Below, in pieces: positions 1-8,554 of a stretch of DNA of 56,577 nt (the first letter of the stretch is position 1; the number at the start of each line of letters is the position of its first letter). The DNA is from an uncultured bacterium. GTDB lineage: Bacteria; Pseudomonadota; Alphaproteobacteria; SP197. Made by a program: the position numbers and the translations under genes. The notes under the pieces were generated by a model, which ran no database searches, was not told the DNA's origin, and saw nothing but the letters and a program-made list of their open reading frames with translations. The stretch is from positions 1-56,577 of the forward strand of contig CALLQH010000080.1 in NCBI GenBank assembly GCA_938014945.1, given 5' to 3'.

Positions 1-1
1 G

Positions 2-691
2 GAGGTCTGGCACCACTGGATCTTCGTCAACCTGGACGGCAAGGCGCCGCCGCTGTCCGACTTTCTCGCCCCGGCAACGCAACGCATCGCCGACTACGAC
101 CTTTCGGCCGTGCGCCATGCCGGCACCGTCCGCTTCGATATCGAGGCGAACTGGAAGTTCGCCATGGAGAACTACATCGAGCCCTACCATGTGTTCGCGG
201 CCCACCCGCGCCTGCACGCCTTCGTACCGATGAGCGAGCGCCAGCCCTCGATGATCGACGGCCACGTCATGTGGAACTACTACCAGTTCAGGAAGGCCGA
301 GCCGGGCCGCGGCGAAGGCATGCCGCACTTCCCGAACCTGTCGCCGGAAGCGGCCAGCCGCGGCCTGTGGTTCATCCTGCCCACCGCCTTCGGCCTGGAG
401 GTCTATCCCGACCATGTGGCGAGCTTCCACGTCACGCCGGTCGCGCCGGGCCTGTGCCGCGAGCGCATCGACGTGTTCCTGGTCGGCGATGCCGCGACCG
501 CGCCGGAATACGCGGAGGGCCGCGCCACCGTGCTGCAGACCTGGAAGGACCTCAACGACGAGGACGTCGGCATCGTCGAGAGCCTGCAGACCGGCCGCAG
601 TTCCCCGGCCTATGACGGCGGCCGCCACTCCCCCTACTGGGACGAGGCCCCCCTGCATCTCTCCCGCCTGATCGTCGATGGCATGCGGTAG
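2..691 (+). CDS. Rieske-type aromatic ring-hydroxylating oxygenase alpha subunit, C-terminal catalytic domain (5' end outside window)
   Basis: Frame 2 is open from the window edge (EVWHHWIFVNLDGKAPPLSDF...) into ORF 110..691. It contains NWKFAMENYIEPYHVFAAHP, the E-x-YH-x4-H mononuclear-iron motif of the RHO alpha catalytic domain. Stop TAG is at 689-691. Confidence 0.75.
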   Translation, partial: EVWHHWIFVNLDGKAPPLSDFLAPATQRIADYDLSAVRHAGTVRFDIEANWKFAMENYIEPYHVFAAHPRLHAFVPMSERQPSMIDGHVMWNYYQFRKAEPGRGEGMPHFPNLSPEAASRGLWFILPTAFGLEVYPDHVASFHVTPVAPGLCRERIDVFLVGDAATAPEYAEGRATVLQTWKDLNDEDVGIVESLQTGRSSPAYDGGRHSPYWDEAPLHLSRLIVDGMR

Positions 692-744
692 GGACATTTC
701 TGCCGTCTTCCCGGGGGGCGAAACAAGCAGGCTTACCTTCTCGC

Positions 745-784
745 TGTCATGGTCCGGCTTGACCGGACCATCCATGCTGTGACC
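745..784 (+). repeat. 40-nt hairpin repeat (REP-like), copy 1
   Basis: Sequence is tgtcatggtccggcttgaccggaccatccatgctgtgacc, with stem tggtccgg/ccggacca. It is identical to the reverse complement of the copy at 30297..30336. Confidence 0.85.
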
Positions 785-821
785 TCGCTGCGGGCTGACC
801 TCTGGTGTGGTGCGGGAGGAA

Positions 822-861
822 CGACACAGCATAGATCCTCCGGTCAAGGCGGAGGATGACG
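822..861 (-). repeat. 40-nt hairpin repeat (REP-like), copy 2, diverged, inverted relative to copy 1
   Basis: Sequence is cgacacagcatagatcctccggtcaaggcggaggatgacg. It aligns position-by-position with 30297..30336. The stem is changed to cctccg/cggagg in a compensatory way. Confidence 0.75.
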
Positions 862-1004
862 TGGAGAGAGAAGCTCGTTCGCGGCGCCCCCCTCCCCGGA
901 GGACGACCGGGGCCGATGCCCGAACCATCCCCATTGCCCCTCCCCCGCCGCGGCCCTAGCATCCGCGCCCCGGCGCAGGGCCGGGATCAGCGGGAGGGAT
1001 GTTC

Positions 1005-1667
1005 ATGGCCGTCGAAGTGTTCTGGGGTTCGGGTTCGCCGTTTGCGTGGAGCGTCATGCTGGCGCTGGAGGTCAAGGGCGTGCCCTATACCGGGCATCTG
1101 CTGTCCTTCTCCGATGGCGACCTGAAAAAGCCGGAGTTCCTCGCCATGAACCCGCGCGGCAAGGTGCCGGTGGTCAAGGACGGCGATTTCACCCTCGCCG
1201 AATCCAACGCCATCCTCGCCTGGCTGGAAGCCAAGCAGCCCCAGCCCGCCCTGTTCGGCGCGACGCCGGAAGCCACGGGCACGATCTGGCGCGCGGTGCT
1301 GGAGCACGCCGCCTATTTCCAGCACCACACCCACGCCATCTCCGGCGCGGTCTTCTACAAGAAGATGGAGGAGAAGGCCGAGGAGGTGAAAGCTTCCGCC
1401 AAGGCCGTGGGCGAGGAACTGGCCCGCTACGAAGCTGCGCTTGGCAAGAGTGACTGGCTGGTCGGCAACGCCATGAGCGCCGCCGATCTGGTCGCCTATC
1501 CCCACTTCGAACTGTTCTTCCGCCTGGCCGTCCGCCCGGAGGTCAAGACCTTCGGCCTGGGCTTCGACAAGGGCTGGGATGCCTATCCGGCGCTGTCGGC
1601 CTGGCGCGCGAAGATCAGGGCCATTCCGGGCTACGACAACACCTATCCGCCGCACTGGAAGGGCTAG
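1005..1667 (+). CDS. Glutathione S-transferase
   Basis: N-terminal thioredoxin-like GST fold (GSGSPFAWSVMLALEVKGVPY ... NPRGKVPVVKDGDFTLAESNAILAWL). GGGAGGG lies 7 nt before the ATG at 1005. The ATG at 999 is an alternative start. Confidence 0.85.
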   Translation: MAVEVFWGSGSPFAWSVMLALEVKGVPYTGHLLSFSDGDLKKPEFLAMNPRGKVPVVKDGDFTLAESNAILAWLEAKQPQPALFGATPEATGTIWRAVLEHAAYFQHHTHAISGAVFYKKMEEKAEEVKASAKAVGEELARYEAALGKSDWLVGNAMSAADLVAYPHFELFFRLAVRPEVKTFGLGFDKGWDAYPALSAWRAKIRAIPGYDNTYPPHWKG

Positions 1668-1689
1668 GCACGGGTACTGCCGAAAAGGC

Positions 1690-3552
1690 CTACCGGTAGG
1701 CGTAGCCTTCGACCAGCGGGGTGATCCGGCGCAACGTGACGCGGCGGTTCTCCGCCTCGGCCTGCGGCGTCCAGATCTTGAGATAGGCCTCTCCGAGTCC
1801 TGCTGTCACGAGGTTCTCGGGCGGCACGAGGTAATACCGTGTGATGAGTTCCTTGACCGCCTCGGCGCGGCGCTGCGAAAGGCGCCAGTTGTACTCCTGG
1901 TTGCCGACCGCGTCGGTGTGGCCTTCGATGAGGAAGATCTCTTCGGGATGGGCAACGACGACCTGCTCGATCAGCAGCGCTATGCGATCGAGGTCGTAGA
2001 GTTCCTCCTCGCGCAGAAAGTCCTCGTTGAAGCCGAATGTGATGGTGTCGAGCTCGATCCCTGGCAGGGCCGCGCGCACGCCGGGCCGGGTGATGATCCA
2101 CTCGATGTTCTGGCGCAACTCCCGGCGGCTGTATTGCGACTGCGGCAGATCGTCGCGCGGGACCGCCAGGAGCTGTCGCCAGATCTGCTGCTGGTCGACC
2201 TCAGCCGCCCAGACCGCTGACTTGTAGTCCTGCTGCGGCGACACGTAGTTCATCGCCACGTCGTAGGGATCGCTGTCGAGATAGTAGATTTCGCGCTCTT
2301 CGCGGTCGCGCTGCAGGCGGCGCCGCAACTCCTCTCTGGACACTTCCAGCTCGTTCTCGAAGCTCTTGCGCTGCGCAAAGGTGTAATTGACCTCGTCCTC
2401 GGAGGCCTGCTGGAGCGCCAGCATGCGGCGACCCAGTTCGGCGTCGCTCAGGTCCTCAAGCCGCTGTGGCTGGGGCTGGCTGACAATCTGGGTTGTCTCC
2501 TGCTCGTCGGGCAGCAGCAACAGCGGCAGGGCAACAGCAGCAGCCGCCAGCCCACCGAGGATCAGTGCCTTCTTGGTATTGTCGCCGCCGTCATCATCAT
2601 CGTCGGTCACCGAAGCGGCCGTCTCATCTGCGGTGCCGTCATCCTCCGACGTGGCTGCCCGGGCGGCCACCTCGGCACTCGCCGCTTCGGCCTCAGCGAC
2701 ACGCACGCGCAACGCATCGCGGTCGGTTTTCAGGCGCACCCTCAGGCTGTCGGAGGTTTCCGCCGAAAGCTGCGGCTCCTCGAGCAGCGCGCGATAGGCG
2801 GCGATACGCTCGCGAAGCTCCTCGTCGCCGAGCTCCTCGGCAGGCGTGTCATCGGCAAGCAGCGCGGCGGCTGCCTCCTCGGCTTCGGGCGAGACCTCGG
2901 GAGCGGCATCGACATCGGCCTCAGGCTCGGGGATGGTTTCGACGGTCTGGTCATCCTCCTCGCCGCCATCGACTGCCTCGTCCTCAGGCGCATCTTGCAC
3001 GGGCACGTCGCTGCCGTCGGCCTGGGCGGAGGATTCCACCTCCGATCCGACAAGGGGCTCGTCGTCGGAAATGACGGCCTCGGGCTCGACCTCGTCGACA
3101 GCGTCCGCTTCGGTCTTGGCTTCGCCCGTGGTGGTGACCTCTTCGTCCGGCGGGGCGATCGCGTCTTCCGTGGCAGGCTCTGCCGTGGCAGCAGACGTGC
3201 TGGCTTCATTGCCGGTTTCAGCCTCGCCCTCTGTGGCGACCGCAGCTTCCTCGCCGGTCGATGAGAAGGCCGCAGCATCCTCAGCAGGCGCTTCCTCCCC
3301 GGCAGGCGCATCGCCGTCAGCGGCGGAGGTCTCTGGATCGGCCGCATCGAGGGGTTCGCCAGATTCGGCGGAGTTGGCGCCCTCCTCCTGCCCTGTCGGC
3401 ATCAAGTCCCCTGGGGCAGCCTGTTCTTCCAGGGTCTCGACCTCCGTGGTCAAGGTCTGGGCTGCGAGCGGCGACCACGGGGTGATCATCAGCGCAGTTG
3501 CAGACACCATCGTCGCCGTCAGGATGCGCAACCTCGTCCTGGCCTGGTTCAT
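1690..3552 (-). CDS. OmpA/MotB-family peptidoglycan-binding protein with long acidic low-complexity region
   Basis: C-terminal OmpA_C-like domain (FGFNEDFL...IEGHTDAVGNQEYNWRLSQRRAEAV...NRRVTLRRI). N-terminus is MNQARTRLRILTATMVSATALMITPWSPLAAQT. About 300 aa are rich in E/D/A/T, followed by an internal hydrophobic stretch ALILGGLAAAAVALPLLLL. ATG at 3552 is preferred over TTG at 3570. Confidence 0.85.
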   Translation of the reverse strand: MNQARTRLRILTATMVSATALMITPWSPLAAQTLTTEVETLEEQAAPGDLMPTGQEEGANSAESGEPLDAADPETSAADGDAPAGEEAPAEDAAAFSSTGEEAAVATEGEAETGNEASTSAATAEPATEDAIAPPDEEVTTTGEAKTEADAVDEVEPEAVISDDEPLVGSEVESSAQADGSDVPVQDAPEDEAVDGGEEDDQTVETIPEPEADVDAAPEVSPEAEEAAAALLADDTPAEELGDEELRERIAAYRALLEEPQLSAETSDSLRVRLKTDRDALRVRVAEAEAASAEVAARAATSEDDGTADETAASVTDDDDDGGDNTKKALILGGLAAAAVALPLLLLPDEQETTQIVSQPQPQRLEDLSDAELGRRMLALQQASEDEVNYTFAQRKSFENELEVSREELRRRLQRDREEREIYYLDSDPYDVAMNYVSPQQDYKSAVWAAEVDQQQIWRQLLAVPRDDLPQSQYSRRELRQNIEWIITRPGVRAALPGIELDTITFGFNEDFLREEELYDLDRIALLIEQVVVAHPEEIFLIEGHTDAVGNQEYNWRLSQRRAEAVKELITRYYLVPPENLVTAGLGEAYLKIWTPQAEAENRRVTLRRITPLVEGYAYR

Positions 3553-3644
3553 CGCGGCACACTCCCTCAACGCCTCGTGAACCCCACCAACGGCGCAGAG
3601 AAGGTTGCGTTTCGCCGATTTTTTCGGCGGTCACACCGTCTGGA

Positions 3645-4829
3645 CTACTCGAGCGTCCGAAACAGGCCCGCCAGCAGCCGCGCGCGCGGCACCAGCGACG
3701 AATAGAGCACATGCTCCTCGTGGGTATGGGCGCCATCACCCATGAGGCCGAGGCCGTCCAGGGTCGGCAGCCCCAGGGCGCCGGTGAAGTTGCCGTCGCT
3801 GCCGCCGCCGAACTGGCCGTGGCCGGGCGTGAAGCCGATCTCCCGGGCGATGGTCTCGGCCTTGCCGTAGAGATCGAGCGTGCCTGCGCTGGGTTCGAAC
3901 AGCGGCCGCACGGGGCCGGCCTCCACGGTGACCGTGCAATCGGGGTTGTGGGCCTTGAGCGAACCCATCTTCCCGCGAATCTCGTCCATGGCCTCGGCGA
4001 AGGGGGCGACGGCCAGGACCTGCGCGGTGCAGCGGATCGGCACGACGTTGACGAAGGTGCCGCCGTTCACCACGCCGACGCTGTAGGTGATACCGCGTTC
4101 GCGGTCGGTCATCCCCTCGATGGCGATGATCTGGCGCGCCATCTCGGCGATGGCGCTGCGGCCGCGCGCAAGCTGGGAGCCGGCGTGTGCCGGTTTGCCG
4201 TCGATGTTCACGGTAAAGCGCAGGAAGGCGAAGCGCCCGGTCACCAGCATGCCGGTCTCACCCTTGGCGGGCTCGGGCACCAGCACGTACTTGTGCCGCG
4301 ATGCGACCGCCTCGATGCGTTCGCGGGTCGAGGGGCTGCCGACCTCCTCGTCGGAGATGAACATGAAGGTGACGGGAAGCTCCGGCGTCTCGCCCGCGCG
4401 CAGGAGCTGGGCGAGCGCATAGGTCGCCGCGAACATGCCACCCTTCATGTCGTAGATGCCCGGCCCGTAGATGCGGTCGCCCTCGCGGCGGAAGGGCAGC
4501 GGCCCCTCGAGCGAGCCGACCATGTGCACCGTGTCGAGATGGCCCAGCACCAGCACGCCGGGCCCCTCGCGGCGGCCAGGCACGCTGGCGATGACGATAT
4601 CGCCGTAACCGTCGACACCTGGCTGGCGCTCGATGGTCGCACCCAGGCGGGCCATCGCGGCCTCGGCCTTGTCCATCATGGCGTTGACGCCCGGAACGTG
4701 GACGGTGGGACTTTCGGTCAGCACCCAGTCGCGCAGGCCCTCGAACATCTCGTCGGCATCGAAGGCGGGTTCGTTGCGGGAAACCATGGGGCAAGGGACT
4801 CCGTTGCGGTCGTCGGCGGGGTCGGCCAT
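3645..4829 (-). CDS. M20-family metallopeptidase (carboxypeptidase G2 / glutamate carboxypeptidase-like)
   Basis: Motifs VLVLGHLDTVH, FISDEEVGSPSTR and GGSDGNF. The start is uncertain: 4856, 4829 and 4787 are all possible. I chose 4829 because 4856 leaves only 5 nt to the divergent gene. Confidence 0.8.
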   Translation of the reverse strand: MADPADDRNGVPCPMVSRNEPAFDADEMFEGLRDWVLTESPTVHVPGVNAMMDKAEAAMARLGATIERQPGVDGYGDIVIASVPGRREGPGVLVLGHLDTVHMVGSLEGPLPFRREGDRIYGPGIYDMKGGMFAATYALAQLLRAGETPELPVTFMFISDEEVGSPSTRERIEAVASRHKYVLVPEPAKGETGMLVTGRFAFLRFTVNIDGKPAHAGSQLARGRSAIAEMARQIIAIEGMTDRERGITYSVGVVNGGTFVNVVPIRCTAQVLAVAPFAEAMDEIRGKMGSLKAHNPDCTVTVEAGPVRPLFEPSAGTLDLYGKAETIAREIGFTPGHGQFGGGSDGNFTGALGLPTLDGLGLMGDGAHTHEEHVLYSSLVPRARLLAGLFRTLE

Positions 4830-4861
4830 CGTGGCGGTCCAAGCAAGAAGGCTCAAGCCGC

Positions 4862-6034
4862 ATGTCCGACCTGCCCGCCCTGTTCCAGCCGCTGACCCTG
4901 CGCGGCGTGACGACGCGCAACCGCATCGCCGTCTCGCCCATGTGCCAGTATTCGGCGATCGAGGGCCATGTCACCGCCTGGCACCGCGACCATCATACCG
5001 CGCTGGCGCGCGGCGGCGCGGGCATCGTCTTCGTCGAGGCGACCGCGGTGGAGCCGCGCGGGCGCATCACCCACGGCGATGTCGGCCTGTGGAGCGACGA
5101 TCACATCGTGGGGCTTGCCGAGATCGCGGCGGTGGTCGCGGGCTACGGTGCGGTGCCCGCGATCCAGATCGGCCATGCCGGGCGCAAGGCAAGCTCGCAA
5201 CGGCCCTGGGAGGGCAACCTCGCCCTGACGGCAGCAGACGAAGCCGCGCGCGGCGATGCGCCCTGGCAGACCGTGGCGCCCTCGGCGATTCCCTACATGG
5301 ACGGCTGGCATACCCCGGCCGAACTCACCGACGACGAGATCACGGGGCTGATCGAGGCCTTCGCCGCCGCAGCCCGGCGCGCCGTGAAGGCGGGCTTCCG
5401 CGCCGTCGAGATTCACGGCGCACACGGCTATCTGCTCCACACCTTTCTCTCGCCGAAGTCGAACCGGCGCAGCGATCGCTGGGGCGGCGACCTCGCGGGC
5501 CGCATGGCCTTTCCGCTGTCGGTCGCCGAGGCGATGCGCGGTGCAATGCCCGACGACCTGCCGCTCTTCTTCCGCACCTCCAGCGTCGATGGCGACGAGG
5601 GCGTCTGGTCGATCGGCGACACGGTAGCCCTGGCGAAGGAGCTGAAGGCACGCGGCGTCGATGTGATGGACTGCTCCACCAGCGGCGTTTCCGGCGCGGT
5701 GACGGCCGCGCGCGTGAAGCGACAGCAGGGCTTCCAGGTGCCCTGGGCGGCGCAGGTGCGGCGCCAGGCGGACATGAAAACCATGGCCGTGGGCCTGATC
5801 CTCGACCCCGACTACGCCAACGCGGTGATCGCCGACGGCTGCGCCGACCTCGTCGCCATGGGCCGCGAGCTGCTGCGCAATCCCTTCTGGCCCCTGCAGG
5901 CCGCCGTCACCCTGGGCGCCGATCCCGACTATGCCCGCTGGCCCGACCAGTATGGCTGGTGGCTCACCCGCCGCGCCCGCGCCGGCGTCGAGGGCCGCGC
6001 GCCGCTTTCGATCAACGCAGGCGGAATGGGCTAG
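4862..6034 (+). CDS. NADH:flavin oxidoreductase, Old Yellow Enzyme family (YqjM/NamA-like)
   Basis: Motifs LTLRGVTTRNRIAVSPMCQYSA, VEIHGAHGYLLHTFLSP and DLVAMGRELLRNPFWP. Confidence 0.9.
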   Translation: MSDLPALFQPLTLRGVTTRNRIAVSPMCQYSAIEGHVTAWHRDHHTALARGGAGIVFVEATAVEPRGRITHGDVGLWSDDHIVGLAEIAAVVAGYGAVPAIQIGHAGRKASSQRPWEGNLALTAADEAARGDAPWQTVAPSAIPYMDGWHTPAELTDDEITGLIEAFAAAARRAVKAGFRAVEIHGAHGYLLHTFLSPKSNRRSDRWGGDLAGRMAFPLSVAEAMRGAMPDDLPLFFRTSSVDGDEGVWSIGDTVALAKELKARGVDVMDCSTSGVSGAVTAARVKRQQGFQVPWAAQVRRQADMKTMAVGLILDPDYANAVIADGCADLVAMGRELLRNPFWPLQAAVTLGADPDYARWPDQYGWWLTRRARAGVEGRAPLSINAGGMG

Positions 6035-6067
6035 GATGGCGGCCTGAGAGGCCTGCGAAAGCGATCC

Positions 6068-6772
6068 ATGGAACCGAGTGCCCCGATCTCCATCACCTAC
6101 TACTCCGACGTTCTGTGCGTCTGGGCCTATGCCGCGCAGGAACGGCTTGACCAGGTCCAGCGATCCTTCGGCGAGCATGTCGCGATCGGCTTCAAGTCGT
6201 GTTCGGTGTTCGGAAACACGACCCGCAAGATCGGGGACGGCTGGCGTGAGAAGGGCGGCTACGCCGGCTTCGGCGCACATGTCCGGGAGGCCGCGGCGCA
6301 ATTCGACCACATCGAGGTCCATCCCGAGATCTGGCTGACGGCACGGCCTGCCAGTTCGGAAGGCGCCCACCTCTTCCTGGCGGCGCTATCCCTTGTCGAA
6401 AACGGCGGCGCCCTGGACGGCTGCAACCGGCTGCCTGAGCGCACACCCAGCGAGGAGTACGCCTGGCGTCTGCGGCTGGCCTTCTTCCGGGACTGCCGGG
6501 ACATTGCCCAGTGGCACGTCCAGTGCGAGGTGGCAGAGGACATGGGCATCGGCCTGGCCCCTGTGGAGGCGGCGATCCGCGACGGCTCGGCATTCGCCGC
6601 GCTTGCCTCCGATCACCAGGACAAGGTGCGTTTTGCCATCGAGGGCAGCCCTACGTTCCTGATGAACCAGGGTCGCCAGAAGATCTATGGCAACGTCGGC
6701 TACCGCGTCATCGAAGCGAACATACGTGAGCTGCTGCACGTGCCCCAGACCGGCGAAATGAGCTGGTGCTGA
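6068..6772 (+). CDS. DsbA-family thioredoxin-fold protein (FrnE / 2-hydroxychromene-2-carboxylate isomerase-like), monothiol
   Basis: ISITYYSDVLCVWAYAAQERL occupies the position where the family has CPWC. Here the motif is C-V-W-A, so the second Cys is missing. Confidence 0.65.
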   Translation: MEPSAPISITYYSDVLCVWAYAAQERLDQVQRSFGEHVAIGFKSCSVFGNTTRKIGDGWREKGGYAGFGAHVREAAAQFDHIEVHPEIWLTARPASSEGAHLFLAALSLVENGGALDGCNRLPERTPSEEYAWRLRLAFFRDCRDIAQWHVQCEVAEDMGIGLAPVEAAIRDGSAFAALASDHQDKVRFAIEGSPTFLMNQGRQKIYGNVGYRVIEANIRELLHVPQTGEMSWC

Positions 6773-6785
6773 GCTTGCACGAACG

Positions 6786-7781
6786 TCAGGCGGCATCCCA
6801 GCTGCGCTTTTCGCCTTCGTAGAGCTTGCCGGGATTGCCCCAGACGGTGGTGCGCCACATGACGCGGCCATGCTGCTCGGCGTCGAACCAGGTGGCGGTG
6901 TGGATGGTGCAGCGGTTGTCGTAGATCACCATGTCGCCGGCCTGCCATTCCTGGACGTAGACGAACTCCGGCCGGGTGTAGTGGGCCATCAGTTCATAAA
7001 GCAGCCGCGCGCCGTCGCCGTGGGGGCCGGGTTCCATGCCGACGAAGGGGCCGTGGACCCAGTCCATCTGCTCGCGCTCGCAGAGATAAAACGCCTTCCT
7101 GCCGGTCTCGGGATGGACCCGCACCACGGGCTGGGGCTGCGGGCCGTCGCGCGGGTCGAGCGGCTTGGGCGTTTCGCCCGCCAGCACCGAGTCCTCGCCG
7201 TAGCCGCGGAAGGGCGCGACATGGAGGCCCTGCAGATCCTCGACGCGGGCCTTGAGCTCCGGCGGCAGGGCATCATAGGCGGCCACACCGTCGGCATAGA
7301 GGGTCTGGCCCTGGCCCGGCGGCGCAGGCGTGACGGCATAAAAGAGCGAAATGTCGGGCGGCGGGCGGCGGAAGCTCTGGTCGGTGTGCCAGCCGCGCCG
7401 GTGGGGGAACTGCACCGGCAGGCCGCCGTCCGCCGTGGTCGGCGGATCGGGCCGCTCCGGCGGCGCGAAGTTCATGGGCGGCAGGTTGGAGATGACGAAG
7501 ATCTGCGGGATCTCCGGATGCACCAGATTGAGCCGCGGCGTGGTGAGCCGGTAGTTCTCCACCTCCCTGCCGAAGGGGCGGCTGAGGCGCAGCAGAAGAT
7601 CGGGATCGTCGCTGATGGCATTGAGGCCGGTGAGCACCAGCAGGCCGTGGCCCTCGCCCAGGGCCGCCGGCAATGTGTCGGGCGCGGCCTCCATGGCGGC
7701 GACAAAGTCGGGACCGTCCTCCACCGCGATGCGGCGGCCGAATCCGCCGTCGGTCAGGGCTCCGGAGGTGAGCGGCGCCAT
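6786..7781 (-). CDS. TauD/TfdA-family Fe(II)/2-oxoglutarate dioxygenase
   Basis: GWHTDQSF supplies the H-x-D ligands, and DNRCTIHTATWF supplies the distal His. Start MAPLTSG at 7781 lies 6 nt after the upstream SDR stop. Confidence 0.8.
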   Translation of the reverse strand: MAPLTSGALTDGGFGRRIAVEDGPDFVAAMEAAPDTLPAALGEGHGLLVLTGLNAISDDPDLLLRLSRPFGREVENYRLTTPRLNLVHPEIPQIFVISNLPPMNFAPPERPDPPTTADGGLPVQFPHRRGWHTDQSFRRPPPDISLFYAVTPAPPGQGQTLYADGVAAYDALPPELKARVEDLQGLHVAPFRGYGEDSVLAGETPKPLDPRDGPQPQPVVRVHPETGRKAFYLCEREQMDWVHGPFVGMEPGPHGDGARLLYELMAHYTRPEFVYVQEWQAGDMVIYDNRCTIHTATWFDAEQHGRVMWRTTVWGNPGKLYEGEKRSWDAA

Positions 7782-7786
7782 GGCGG

Positions 7787-8554
7787 TCAGTCCCTGGGCC
7801 AGTAGCGGGTGCCGAGCCAGCCGCCATCGACGGGGATGACCTGGCCCGCGATGTAGCGCGCATCCTCCGAGCACAGGAAGGCGGCGACACCGGCGATGTC
7901 GTCGGGCTGGCCGACGCCCATGGGCGTGTTCTTGATCATCGCCTCCTGGTACCAGGCATCCTCGGTAATGGCGCGATGGGTCATCGGCGTGTCGATGACC
8001 CCGGGCGCGATGGCGTTGATGTTGATGCCCTGCGCCCCGAAGTCGGCCGTCATCTGGCGCGTGAGCTGGGCGACGCCGGCCTTGGATGCGGCGTAACCCG
8101 GCCCCTCGGGGAAGCCGACGATACCGAACACCGAACTGATGTGGACGATCTTGCCGCCCGGCCGGGGCAGATGCGGCAGGGCCGCGCGGCTCATGCGGAA
8201 GACCGCCGAGAGGTTGATGTCGATGATGCGGTCCCAGCCCGCATCCTCGGTATCGGTGACGCTGCCGCCGCGCCCGCCGATGCCGGCGTTGTTGATGAGG
8301 AAGTCGAGCCTGCCGAAGGCCTTCAGCGTCGCGGCAACGATGCGCTCGGGCGCGGTGCGGTCAGAGACGTCGGCGAGCATGGTGGTGAGGGACGAGCCGT
8401 AGGCCATGGTCGCAGTTTCGGCGAGTTCGGCTTCCTTCACGTCGACCGCGAAGACCTGGGCGCCTTCGCTCGCCAGGCGCAGGGCGGTGGCGCGGCCGAT
8501 GCCGCCCGAGGCGCCGGTGACGATGGCGGCCTTGCCGGCGAACCGGCGGCTCAT
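7787..8554 (-). CDS. SDR-family oxidoreductase
   Basis: Motifs GKAAIVTGASGGIGRA, NNAGIG and YAASKAGVAQL. Its ATG overlaps the upstream stop as ATGA (8551-8554). Confidence 0.9.
   Translation of the reverse strand: MSRRFAGKAAIVTGASGGIGRATALRLASEGAQVFAVDVKEAELAETATMAYGSSLTTMLADVSDRTAPERIVAATLKAFGRLDFLINNAGIGGRGGSVTDTEDAGWDRIIDINLSAVFRMSRAALPHLPRPGGKIVHISSVFGIVGFPEGPGYAASKAGVAQLTRQMTADFGAQGININAIAPGVIDTPMTHRAITEDAWYQEAMIKNTPMGVGQPDDIAGVAAFLCSEDARYIAGQVIPVDGGWLGTRYWPRD

Noticed and set aside
2400-3450. Possible tandem DNA repeats underlying the acidic region of the OmpA-family gene.
   Set aside because: I could not find a regular period or repeated nucleotide unit. It looks like compositional low complexity (GAx/GCx codons), not a tandem repeat array.
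3613-3629. Hairpin cgccga-ttttt-tcggcg between the M20 peptidase and OmpA-family genes, considered as a terminator.
   Set aside because: The stem is only 6 bp. On the transcribed (minus) strand the loop is A-rich and no U-tract follows, so support is insufficient.
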